A model generated the notes under the pieces. It saw nothing but the letters and a program-made list of their open reading frames with translations, made no database searches and was not told where the DNA came from. This document shows positions 35,758-56,936 of a DNA stretch of 64,000 nt, one piece after another (positions within the stretch are counted from its first letter, which is position 1; each line of letters opens with the position of its first letter). The stretch is from assembly GCA_039096225.1 (NCBI GenBank), contig JBBPEB010000025.1, positions 620,001 through 684,000 on the forward strand, read 5' to 3'. Source of the DNA: Blastocystis sp. Blastoise. Lineage: Eukaryota; Protista; Bigyra: Opalinata. Made by a program: the position numbers and the translations under genes.

Positions 35758-36244
35758 ATATGCTGATTCTAGTAGTAATTTTCTGAATAATCACTATTAT
35801 TGTTTTTCTTGTTTTTAATTGAGTTTCTTAATGATTTCTTGCTTTTTTTTATTACTATGAATAATCAATTTTGATTAGAATTCATACAATAATGACGAAC
35901 TCGATAATAAAATAGTATTAAACAAATTATAAAGGAGAGATGGTATATATCATTATTCACTTTTTTCACATTATATATATCTGATAAAATAAAAAATAAA
36001 CTATTATATAAAACATAAAAGCCATTTATTAATTCAAAAAGTAATTAAACAAAGAAATAAATCAAATAGTATCAAAAAAATGATTTCTATGGAAATTCAT
36101 ATAATTAAAAGGGATACTTTCAGAAAAACCAAAGGAAAGAACTTACCTTTAAAACAACAATATTTGCTTTTTGATATATTCATTCGAATTATCATTTAAT
36201 TAGATTTCTGTGTGCTGATTTATACTAGAAATTAATAAATAGAT

Positions 36245-41127
<4,883 letters not shown>

Positions 41128-42417
41128 AGATATATATATATATATATATATTATTATAATGAATATATGCTTATATTTTTATGTTATTTATAATAAATAT
41201 TTATATATTTTTATATATTATTTATAATAATGAATATATGTTGACTGCTATATATCTTTATATAATATTATCATGAATATATAAATAATCCTCTATTCTC
41301 TTTTTAATATATTCTCATTTTTCTTTTTACATGTTTTTTTTTTATAATTATAAAAGATATTATCTTTAGTATATTTATCATTCTTTCGTGTTTTTCTTTG
41401 TTTCTTATTTAATTAATATATATTTTTAATTATTTTTCATCATTCTCATTTTTTCTCCTTTTTATTGTTGATCAATCATTTTACACTTTTCAATATGTTT
41501 TAATTCTTTATCTTATTTTTCATCTATTCTTCATTTTTTTTAATTTTTTATCATCTCTCCTGGGGTAATTGTGCTTTTCTTTTGTCAAAATGGATACACA
41601 TTGTTTTGCCTCTTTATATGCTTATATTTATATCTATTCTTATACTTTCACAAAAGAAAAATAAAACTATTCATTTTTTTTATTATAAAAAAATATATAT
41701 AAACTTGTTCCATGATCTTACTTATAAAGAATAGAATCATGTCGCTTAATGCTTTCGTGATAAAGTATATCCTAATTATAATTATATCTTTCAGTGGTAT
41801 TATTAACATATAAATACTCTGTAAATAACGGACAAGGTGCACAAAGAAGAGATCACTTGCCATCATCTAATAAACACTACATCCACAATAAACATGCAAA
41901 TAAATCTCAACTAATTTCTAATTTTCTAAATCATGTCTACCTTCTAACAAATGGTTCACTATTTTTAATAAACAATATATATATATTCTTTTCAATAGGA
42001 AAACAAATCAACGATTCTTATATTCCCTTGATAACTTTTTAGAACCTTAAAGAGAATAACTACGCATATGATCACTCATTTCTGTATATGACTCCCTTTA
42101 TTCTACAAATACACAATAAATTAAAATAAGTAAAAAATGAAAACCAAATAAATTAATGTCAAAAAAACAAAAATATGAGTATAGTTATAAATAATTGGAT
42201 AAAATGTGATGTGAAAGAATTTGTCAACGAAAGTTTGAAGACAAGTGTCAATTTTAGTTTTGATTCTATCAATGTGTACCTATAAATTCAATGAATGATT
42301 TTCTTTTCGATAAAGAAAATAGGCATGATCAAATAAATTAAGAATGACACTTGTATCTATGTGAATAATTTTTTGTTGGCTAAAATTTCTTATATATAAA
42401 CTATTAGAATTGTAAAC

Positions 42418-44060
42418 ATGTTTGCTTCTTCTCGTGTTTTAGGTTTAACTACTCTTAATGCTACTAGAATGTTTGCTAGTAGCTGCAAGAATCCTAAGGT
42501 TTTCAACCAATTAGTTCTTATTCGTCATGGTGAATCCCAATGGAATAAGGAAAACAGATTTACTGGTTGGGCTGATGTTCCTCTTTCTGCTAAGGGTATG
42601 GAAGAAGCTCGTAATGGTGGTAAGCTTATTAAAGAAGCTGGAATGGAATTCGATATGGCTTATTGTTCCACTCTTAAGCGTGCTATCAAGACTCTTTTCC
42701 TTACTTTAGAAGAATCTGATCAATTATGGATTCCTGTAACTAAGAATTGGAGACTTAATGAAAGACATTATGGTGGTCTTACTGGTCTTAATAAACAAGA
42801 AACTGTTGATCGCCATGGTATTGAACAAGTAAGTATTGATATATATATTTGAGTTGTTTCTATTATATTTTGTGTGTCATATGTATTATAACCAAGGATG
42901 TTAACACGCACGTTAGTCTGAGCTAATGAAGACTCATTAGAATCCCTCTGATGGTTATCAATATATATTTTTTTTTATTATATGTGTGTATAAATTAATG
43001 ATAATGGATTATTTCTTGATGACCCTTTTATCATATTGTCCTGCAACCGTGAGGACCCTTGATTAGTCTTTCTGATGATTGATTATTTTTTATTATTTTT
43101 TCACATATATATATATTCTTATAATTATCATAATGATGTACAAAGTTATCCCTGTCTGAATTAATCAGTGAGGATCATCGTGAACAATCTCTGACATGAT
43201 AGTTATTATTATTTTTTCTATATTTACAATTATAATTGGAAATGAATTTGATGTACAAAGTTATCCCTGTCTGAATTATTCAGTGAGGATTATCGTGAAC
43301 AATCTCTGATTTATTTTCTATTATGAATATGTTTCTATATTTTGTTTATGATGTACAAAGTTATCCCTGTCTGAATTATTCAGTGAGGATCATCGTGAAC
43401 AATCTCTGACGACAAATTATAGAATTCTTTTTTATTATTTGATTATCATATTTTTTATTTCTATGATGTACAAAGTTATCCCTGTCTGAATTAATCAGTG
43501 AGGATCATCGTGAACAATCTCTGACGAAATAATAATGATATTCATTTTTATTTTTCTTAATTTAAATCTATACAAATAAGAATATTGTATTATAATATTT
43601 TTTCCTATAGGTTATGGTTTGGAGACGTTCTTATGATATTCCTCCTCCAGCTGTTGAACATTCTTCTCCTTATTACCCTGGTAATGATAGAAGATATGCT
43701 GATCTTGCTAAGTGTGATATTCCTGATACTGAATCTTTAAAGACTACTGCTGCTCGTTTCCTTCCTTATTGGAATGAAACTATCTTACCTAACATTAAGG
43801 CTGGTAAGAGAATTGTTATTGCTGCTCATGGTAATTCTTTAAGAGCTCTTGTTATGCATCTTGATAATATTTCTGAAAAGGCTATTACTGGTCTTAATAT
43901 TCCTACTGCTGTTCCTCTTGTTTATGATTTCGATGAAAACTGTAACATCATTCCTCATGCTGATGCTATTGCTCCTCTTAGAGGTAGATATCTTGGTGAT
44001 CAAGAAGCTATTCGTGCTAAGATTCTTTCTGTTGCTAACCAAACTAAAGCTAAAAAGTAA
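42418..44060 (+). CDS. PGAM: 2,3-BPG-dependent phosphoglycerate mutase with N-terminal mitochondrial targeting peptide, 2 exons
   Basis: [51 protein letters not shown] and [11 protein letters not shown]. Intron 42829-43610 (GTAAGT...CTATAG). Confidence 0.97.
42888..42958 (+). ncRNA. Intronic box C/D snoRNA (snR58/SNORD104-like D' guide, unassigned D guide)
   Basis: 7-bp terminal stem ATAACCA/TGGTTAT. C-like AGGATGT, D' CTGA 42918-21, C' ATGAAGA, D CTGA 42948-51. D' guide GCACGTTAG is antisense to the LSU ...UCUAACG... region. Confidence 0.75.
43016..43075 (+). ncRNA. Intronic box C/D snoRNA targeting LSU GAAAGACUAAUC
   Basis: C box TTGATGA, C' GTGAGGA, D CTGA 43072-75. Guide GATTAGTCTTT is antisense to the conserved LSU sequence AAAGACUAAUC. 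Confidence 0.8.
43133..43194 (+). ncRNA. Box C/D snoRNA, dual guide (snR38/SNORD1 target plus A-loop Um target), copy 1
   Basis: C ATGATGT. Guide GTTATCCCTGT + D' CTGA (antisense to LSU ACAGGGAUAAC). C' GTGAGGA. Guide GTGAACAATCT + D CTGA (antisense to LSU GAUUGUUCAC). Confidence 0.88.
43248..43309 (+). ncRNA. Dual-guide box C/D snoRNA, copy 2
   Basis: 62-nt near-identical copy with both guides intact. Confidence 0.88.
43348..43409 (+). ncRNA. Dual-guide box C/D snoRNA, copy 3
   Basis: 62-nt near-identical copy with both guides intact. Confidence 0.88.
43463..43524 (+). ncRNA. Dual-guide box C/D snoRNA, copy 4
   Basis: 62-nt copy matching copy 1. Confidence 0.88.
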
Positions 44061-44259
44061 AGTGAAAATCCTTTAAATAGCTTTTATAAAAAGTTAAGTC
44101 AACCATTGTAACAATAAATATATTATTCTTTATTTTCTTTTTTCCATAGTTCTTTTGAGTGTAATCATTTATTATTTTGTTTTGTTGTTTGCTTTTTCAT
44201 TTTATAATAAGAATAGAATAAAAGAATTTAACAAAATTAATAAGACATTATGAAAAATA

Positions 44260-44839
44260 TTAAATAACAAGAGAAAGGATAGCAGTGATATCATCTTCTT
44301 TACCTCCTTTGAATTGATATCCAGCCATACGTGCAGAATATTCAAAAGGAGAGAATTTTTTACTTTGACTTAATTGAACAGCTTGATCAACGATATTATG
44401 TAAGATATCATTTAAGTACATTTGAATATTATCTGGATTGATTTGAATATCTTTGTGTTTATTAATAATATCTGTAATATTATTATGGAATAAATTATCA
44501 AATAATCCATCAGTACCCAATAAAAATAAATCATTCTTTTGAATATCTAATTTTTCAAATTTACCTTTATTTGGCTATATATATGTATATATTTATAATA
44601 TATTATTTGATATAATGAATAAAATAATTATAAAATATATTTATATAATTAAATATATATATATAATAATGATATCATATATAATATAATTGATGAATAA
44701 TAATATACATTATCTCCTTGTTTTCCTAATTGTGCAGGGAAATTGAAACCATGTAACTGTTCTGAAGAAGCAAAACAAATATACCATTCAGGTACTATAT
44801 AGATTATTGAATATATTTATTTATTTATTTATATATTAT

Positions 44840-44911
<72 letters not shown>

Positions 44912-45654
44912 TATATAATACACAAATTAGTATTTGGAGATGTTTTGACATTTTTTTGTTGAATATGTTTTTGTGGATTAATACCATATCGATATTGAAA
45001 TAAACCACTATCACCAATATTATATAAATAAATATCATTTAAAGAATCTTTTACTAATGAACATAAGGTACTGCTACCTTTAGGCTATATAATAATGATA
45101 ATAGATTTTATGACTTGAATAATATTCTAAAAAAAAATCATAATAATAATATACAATTTTTGTAATTGTAGAATCTACAGATTGAACTACCTTTTCTTGA
45201 AATTCATTTTGTCCTTTTATTGGATTTTTAAGATTTGATGATAACTGAGATACTAACTATATCATATATGAGTTTATAACAAAAGTATGAAGTTAAAAGA
45301 AATACTTCACGACTAAATTCTCCTGGATCAACACCACAATCAGCCCAACCACCTACACCATCAGCAACAGCTACAGAATTTTCTATATATACATAATAAA
45401 AAATAAAAGAAAATAAATAATAATTATAAAAAAATATGATGATAATTTCATACCACTTATATAATAAGCATCTTCCCCTCTCTTTTTGTCTTTTCTAGCA
45501 ATAGATATTCCATTTGAGATAAGTCTATGTGTTGAAAAATAACATTTTCTTGTCAGAAGTACAGAATTCTATAATATATTATTTTCAAAATAGTATAGAA
45601 TGAATATACAAGAAGATTATGTGATACACTTAATGTTCTGAAGCATAAATTCAT
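44260..45654 (-). CDS. PTC7: PP2C phosphatase PTC7, probably mitochondrial
   Basis: GEDAYY, AVADGVGGWADCGVDPGEFSRE, GSSTL, NIGDSG, EQLHGFNFPAQL, GTDGLFDNLF and GGKEDDITAI. Confidence 0.92.
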
Positions 45655-45983
45655 TTTTAGGAAAAAAAAAATAATAAAAATGAAATATTTTTTTTGTTAT
45701 AAACTAATAAAAATACCTAGTTATTATTAAATTATATAAAAAAAAATTATTTTTGTATATAGTCTATTTAATATGATAATATTTATGAAACAGAAATAAG
45801 AACAACATCAACAAAGAAGCAACATGTGTTTAATTTTTAACTAAAAAATATAATAAATACAACTATTCTTTCAATGAATGCCTATAATGGCGATAGAAAT
45901 ACAACGAATTAATTGAAAATAGAATACATAAGAATTAACAACAAAAGAAATTTAAAAACAATATTTTATTTTTTTTAATGAAT

Positions 45984-46406
<423 letters not shown>

Positions 46407-47431
46407 TTATCAATAGATTACTAAAAGGTAATAAATACATAATAAAGGTAATAATGACTATAATTCATATAAAATAAAAATATAAAACACAAAAAATAAT
46501 CATAAATAAAAAAACACTACATACCTTATAATTAAAAACTTATGTCAATCTTTAAGGATTTATGGTGAAGGACATTGACATCTTCTTTTAGAGCAAGAAA
46601 TAAGTGTAACATTCATATATTTTCAAATAAAGACTTTTTCTTGTTACACATCAGGTTTTATTTCGTAAAGACAATAATTGAAAAGGCAGAATAGACGAGT
46701 GTTTTTTATGGGTATTCTGGTTTCTTTATCACAAATCATCATTTTTTGGAATATTCTGTCGTGTTCTCTCTATAGGATTTATCGATTTTGACTAAGGTTT
46801 CTACCGCAATGTTATCCAAAAAAGAAGAGATAAAAAAACAAAAACCACTTCTTGATAATAACGTTGTTTTATTGGATAATTTCTGATTTTTCTTGAAATG
46901 GACTGATGACGCATCTATGCATCTGTTTTTGAAACGAATCACTTTTTTATTGCTTCCAGTGAACCAATTAAATTGTAGAATCATTTGACAATATTTGATT
47001 TTTTCATGAATACTTGTTTTTATCATTATTTGTTGGTTTTGGGGAATAAAGAAAGCTAATATATATATAGATTTATATAGTTTGCCATAATTTAAGAGTA
47101 TTCAAAAGTTAAGATTAAAAAATTAAAAAAAAATGACTAAAAAACTAAAGAATCACTTGGAACCTTACAAAGATACTTGATATGATGTGTAAGTATAAAT
47201 CAATGGAAAATAAATTCAAAGAAAAAACAATGAATATAAAAAAGAAAAAGAAGAAAATGAGATATCAATACTAAAAACCAATAAAAAAAGAAAGAAAAGG
47301 TTGAAAAAAGGAAGATAGAAAAAAATACAGTGATATAATTCATATCAGTGACGACAAACTTGATATTTTATTACATTGATGATATAAAGAAGAAGAAATG
47401 AATATATATGACAACAAAATATATATATTCC

Positions 47432-47910
47432 TTAATAATCATGAATTGACTTGGTGATAGCAAATTGCATTACAGATTCTTCATAATCAGATCTATAAGA
47501 GCTATCAATAATTAAACGAGCAAAGTCCAAACAACCTGTATGATCTATAAGAAGAATAAATATTATATATAACTAAATACAATAAATAATTATATATAAA
47601 TATAATAAATAATTATAAATAATTATATATAATTAAATAAATAAACATAATAAATAATTATATATAATAAATATAATAAATATAATAAATATAATAAACA
47701 TAATAATACATATATATATATACTTAAAATTCCTTTCTTTTCAAGTGCTCGGTCATACACTTCATTAAAATCAATCACTCCTTTAGGCTCACAGTCTTAA
47801 TAAATAAATATGAATTTATATGAATAACAATTTAATTATTAATAATAATAATAACATAATCAATAAATATAATAATATAAATTAATAATATTTAATAAAC
47901 AATTATAACT

Positions 47911-47948
<38 letters not shown>

Positions 47949-48709
47949 TTTCAATTGTTTCTTCTTCTAAATTGAATCGACAAAGTGGACACGTGTGACC
48001 TTTTTCTAGCCACTTTACTAAACAATGACGATGAAAAACATGACCACCTATAGAATAATAATTAATAAACTATAAACAATAATTATTAACTTTTATTTAA
48101 AAAAAATAATTATTAATAGAATTAACAATATATAATGAAATAATTGTTTATAATCATAATAAAAATAAATACACGGCATTTCCAAGTTATATACATCTCT
48201 TGCTACAGACCCATAACAAATCGAACAATCAATAGGGCATTGAGAATAAATCTACAAAAAAAAGAATGAAAGATATTAGAAAGTTCATATAAAAAATAAA
48301 ATAAAAAAGTATACAAATTAATGAAGATAATATAAATATAAAATACTTTGTGAAGTGACTTAATTGCTTTTGGACTTGCAGGAATATTCATACTTCCATG
48401 AGTTGCATTATTAATCATAGTTCGAATAGCTACCATAGCTGCTCGTTGATTGGGTAACATTAAATTATAACCAGAAGCCAACGAAATCAACTCAAATTGT
48501 CTTTGATTATTCACAGGAGGAGCTATATCCAATTTCCGTTTTGGAAAATCAAGTATATCTGCATATCGATTATTCAAAACATATTTCTTTTGTTGTTCAT
48601 TCACTTGACTTTGTGAATTGTTCTTACCAAAACCATCAAACTGAGGCATTGTCTTACCAAACCATTTTCTTGCTAGAAAAAATAATTTACTATGAACAAC
48701 CTCACTCAT
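47432..48709 (-). CDS. RING-H2 E3 ubiquitin ligase
   Basis: IPASPKAIKSL, then spliced CSICYGSVARDVYNLEMP|CGHVFHRHCLVKWLEKGHTCPLCRF. Confidence 0.85.
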
Positions 48710-49091
48710 CCTTTTTATTTAACTAGATTAAAAAACTAACATTTCTTGAAAAATTACGTTGTTATTTTTGAACCAGTTTCGTTAGTATTTCCAATAATAT
48801 GTCATTGTAAGGATTGTGTGATGTAATTTGTGTTTATTTCAAGTCGTATTCATGTTGTACTGACTTTTATATACTTTAAAAGCAATAATCTTTTATATGT
48901 CGAAACAAAAATTATGAATATGTTGTTAAAGAGAGGAATCTTTATGAATTCTTTTTCGAATACTTTTTCTAATTCCCTATATTACTGCAAAAATTCAATG
49001 AACAAATAATAGAGCCCTTTATAATTAAAAAAAATTAAACAGAATACCAATGATTTTAAAAGAAACTATAAAAATGATATATATATAAAGC

Positions 49092-51913
49092 TTATTCTTC
49101 ATGACAAGTACAGTTTTCACTGCATTTCTCACTACTCTCATCACAGTTACCAATACAAGGACCTTCAGGATTCTTACCACAAGTACAAGGTTTAAACATT
49201 TCGTCAACGAGAGCGTTTTCTTGTTTGATTTTAGCCATAAGTGCTTCTTTACGTTTTCTATTACATTCTCCAATACATAAGCCTCCAGGATTTGCTCCAC
49301 AATTACATACTTTATATTTTTTAATAATATGTCCTCTTATAGCTTTAGGAACTTCAACTTCTTCTGCATTACTAGTATTAGTATCTTGTTCAATCTCTTT
49401 ATCTAATTCTTCATTCTCATCATCTGATAATCCAGTATGTTCTTTCTCAATATTCTTATTCATTTCTTCTTCTAAAGTACTAATTTCTTCGTTTATAATC
49501 ATATTTTTAGGTATTAAAATATCATAATCATAAGGAGAACAACTTTGAGTTAATTCTTCAGGATCTCTGCATATTACACGACCTACAATATGAAATCTAA
49601 ATGTATTAATAATCTTCACTATAATACTCTTTCCTATTAAACTAGCATCATAAGGGATTAATACCTATATATATATATAGGTTTATTTATATAGAGATTT
49701 ATAGAAGAAGAAGAAGTCTATTGTGATTATTATATGTATATAAGTTATAGTATAATATATATTAATAAATAAATAGTATAATAAATAATATAATAATAAA
49801 TAAAAAAATAATATAATATAATAAATAAATAAATATAATATAATAAATAATAAATAATAAATAAATAAATAAATAAATTAATTAATAAATAAATAGTATA
49901 ATAAATAATATAATAAATAAATAATATAATAAATACTTTAATATAAGCTTTAGTATGGCCAACCGAGTATTTCCCTTCAATTTCATTTCCTACCCAAATA
50001 CGTTCATATCTATTTAAATATTGTTTATAAGGTTGCCTATATTTAAACCATTCACTAATAATTTTACTTCTTTCTTTCATCACTTTTCCAGGAGTATGGG
50101 GAAGTGTCGCTGCAGGTGTCCCAGGTCGTGGGAAGAATCGAGATATATTTACAATAGGTTGATCATATTTATGAAGTAAAGACATAGTATCTTCAAAATC
50201 TTGATTATTTTCAGTAGCATATCCAACAATAATATCTGTAGCTATAGTAAGGCCAGGAACATTTGCAAATAAATAATCACATACTGTGATATAATCTTCA
50301 CGGGAATATTGACGACGCATCTCTGTTAATACTTTATTACTTCCTGACTATATATATATATAGAATGAATTATATTCATATATCTCAGGAATCAGATAAT
50401 TAATTGTAATTCATAATAAATATATAATAAATATATAATATATATATAATAATTATAAGTATTAAAAAAAATACAAATTAAAAAAAAATACATATTAAAA
50501 ATAATAATATAAACTTAATAAATATAATAATAACTATATATACTTGAACAGGTATATGTATAAAGCTATACACATAGGGCTGTTTGAGGAATTCAGCGAT
50601 GGCGGGAAGAGAATCCAGTATATACGGAGGGTTCGTCATCCCGATACGATACATACAGGGCTATATATATAATAGAATTTATTCATGATATATATATTCA
50701 TGAATACTTAGATATCAATATATACTTATCATTCTATATATAATATATATACATGATTATTCATATTTTGTATTTCTTTCAAAAGATCTTGTAACTTGAT
50801 GCCTAAATCTCTTCCATAAGCACCAGTATCCTCACTACTTAACCATATCTCATTCACTCCTTCTTTATGACACTATAGATAGGATATAGTATATAGTATA
50901 GTATATAGTATAGTATATAATATAATATAATATAATATAATATAATATAATATAATATAATATAATATAATATAATATAATATAATATAATATAATATAA
51001 TATAATATAATATAATATAATATAATATAATATAATAAAACATATATACAGTTTGAATACGGTCACAGATTTGAGGAATAGAATAACTTTTGAGTACACC
51101 ACGTGCATAGACTGTTTTGCAATATGTACAGTGTCCTAGACATCCAATACTTAGAGGTATAATCTCAATATCTTTATCTTTTCGTATCTTTGGCATATCT
51201 AACGGTGGCATTTCTTTTTGTTTTAATAAAACTACACGATTTCCATTTAATGTTTGTTCTACTATTTCAACTATTCGATGTATATTATTAACTCCAAGAA
51301 CGGACACATCATCTAAACCTTTTAATGAACGCTCAGCTATATAGAGAATATAAATTATAGTTTATATAATAATGATAATGTATAGAATAAATGAAATAAT
51401 AAAAAGAATGATAATATCAATAATAATATAAAAGAATAGAAAACTATATATAAACAATAAATATAAATAATATTCTAAATATAATATAAATTATATTATA
51501 AATCTAATTTTCATAAAAAACTATATATAAACAATAAATAAAAATATACCTTGAGGAACACACCCTGCAACAACAATTTTCTTTTGATTTTTTAATCCTT
51601 CTTCTACTAAATTACGAAATGCTTGTTCTGATGGATCTTTAACAGTACAACTATTCAATACCCATAAATCAGCATCTAATTTATTTACAACAAAACGATA
51701 TCCATAAGAAGCTAACAAACCCTCCATATATTCACCATCAGAAACGTTATGAGCACAACCAAAAGTCTTAATCCATAATTTATAACTTTCAGGATGACCC
51801 TTACTCTCTTTTACTTTAGAAGGAACACTTCTAGATATCTTAACGGAACCTTCTTCATCAACATGATAATCTTGTTGTTCTAAATGTAAATCTTCTATAT
51901 CTACGGAACTCAT
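49092..51913 (-). CDS. CDKAL1: Threonylcarbamoyladenosine tRNA methylthiotransferase (radical SAM)
   Basis: [44 protein letters not shown] (CxxxCxxC), [15 protein letters not shown]|[20 protein letters not shown] and a TRAM-like region. Confidence 0.95.
50915..51037 (+). repeat. Intronic (TATAA)n pentamer repeat
   Basis: Seen directly in a CDKAL1 intron. Confidence 0.9.
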
Positions 51914-52755
51914 CTTCTTATTCTTTTATAGAAATGAAAAAACAATAAATAACTATTAATTACTTATGTGAAAGAAAAGAAATTTGAGAAATAAAGTTCA
52001 AGAAATAACCGTTTTTTATAAAGTCATTTGCAGTCAATTTTGAGAAATTATCAATTTGATGATTATTTGTTACATGAACATTATTTTGGTCAATCTGGAT
52101 CTAATATTAAAACAAGTTGATGGAAATGTTTCTTGTAGGATTGAATATGATATAAGTAATTTTAATAGATTGTATAAAGAGACTCTTTTTTTCGAATCTA
52201 GAATGCATTGATCAATTATGGCGATCTAAATAGTAGTATATGTTGAACGATACACAACAAGGTGATTGGTAGCAATTAAACTATTAATAGAAATAAAATA
52301 GTGTGATAGTGATATGAATAATATGAATAAAATGCTTAATTTTCTTTAATCACAGCACATGAAGTACGGTTGTAACTTTAATACATTCTTTTTCTATATC
52401 TTCAATTCTAGGAGCATCATTTTGCCTCATAATCATAATATATATTATATATATATAATTATCTATGTAAGAAAACGAAGAGATTATATGCATACACAAA
52501 CAATTATTAACTTTGTAGTAAAGATTAGAAATAGTGTTGATAATGTATATTCATCATAAATAAAAATATATAATAATTATGTTATATTCGGATTGTAGAA
52601 AAGAAACAATACATTTTAATATTCTACCAAAAGATTATTTGATTACAAACAAATGTATATATGTATGATGTGCAAAAATATAAATATAAATAAAAGAACT
52701 AAATAAAAAAATAAAATAAATAAAATAACACAAAAACAATAGTATTTCATAAAGT

Positions 52756-56137
<3,382 letters not shown>

Positions 56138-56936
56138 AATTTATTAAAATTATTGTAAAAATGATAAAGAAAAAGGAAATATGAAAAATGTTCAACGTTT
56201 TCATGCATTTTTACGTTATTAATGTTTTTGATGATATTTCAATAATAGTTGAATATCACTGATTTTAATCTATTGCATGTATTTTATTGCTGCATCTATT
56301 CACTTTAATTGTTATTCAAAAGTCAAAATGTTAAGTGTCATTATTTGGTTATCAAAAAATTATATGGTTTTAGAGAGACTTAACTCATCTATAAACCTAT
56401 TCTAATCATTCAAGAACATTTATTTAGTGATATTTGATACTGATTTGAAAAACATTACTATCCAGTTATTATTCAGATGATTTCATGTATGGAATAGCAT
56501 ATGTTATATATGTGTATATTGGTACACATTCGATTAATAAAGAAAATCTATATTGATGATGACAAAATTGGTTTCAAGTTGTAAATTGAAGTTAATCAAA
56601 TACTGGATTGTAATGCTTATTACATGAGAATTGTGAACATATACATAATTATCGGATATGATCCTTTATACTGCTAAATTTAATATCTCAGCGATATCCT
56701 ATGTTATTTCCATGTTATTAAAAGAGAAAATAAATTGTATCACTTAGATTATGTATAAGTATATCCTTTTTTTACAAAAAAATATAAAAAAATGAAAATT
56801 TGAAAAACGAAGATTTTGTGTTTATAGCCTTTTCATTTTAACTCTGAATATTAGAACATACAATAATCAACGTTAATATTGATAAGTTACATTAAATATA
56901 TATCGTTTTGAATAAATTGAGAATACTGAAGACACA

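Noticed and set aside
41550-42060. Possible degraded gene on the minus strand; similar coding-like patches at about 52030-52300 and 56330-56750
   Set aside because: All frames are stop-interrupted or lack recognisable homology, so a pseudogene call cannot be supported without a search.
43133-43524. CRISPR-like array (62-bp repeats with unique spacers)
   Set aside because: It lies in a eukaryotic intron with no cas genes. The repeats carry C/D boxes and rRNA antisense guides, and the spacers are plain AT-rich intron sequence.
45879-45892. Small hairpin downstream of histone H3
   Set aside because: It does not match the conserved histone 3' stem-loop consensus.
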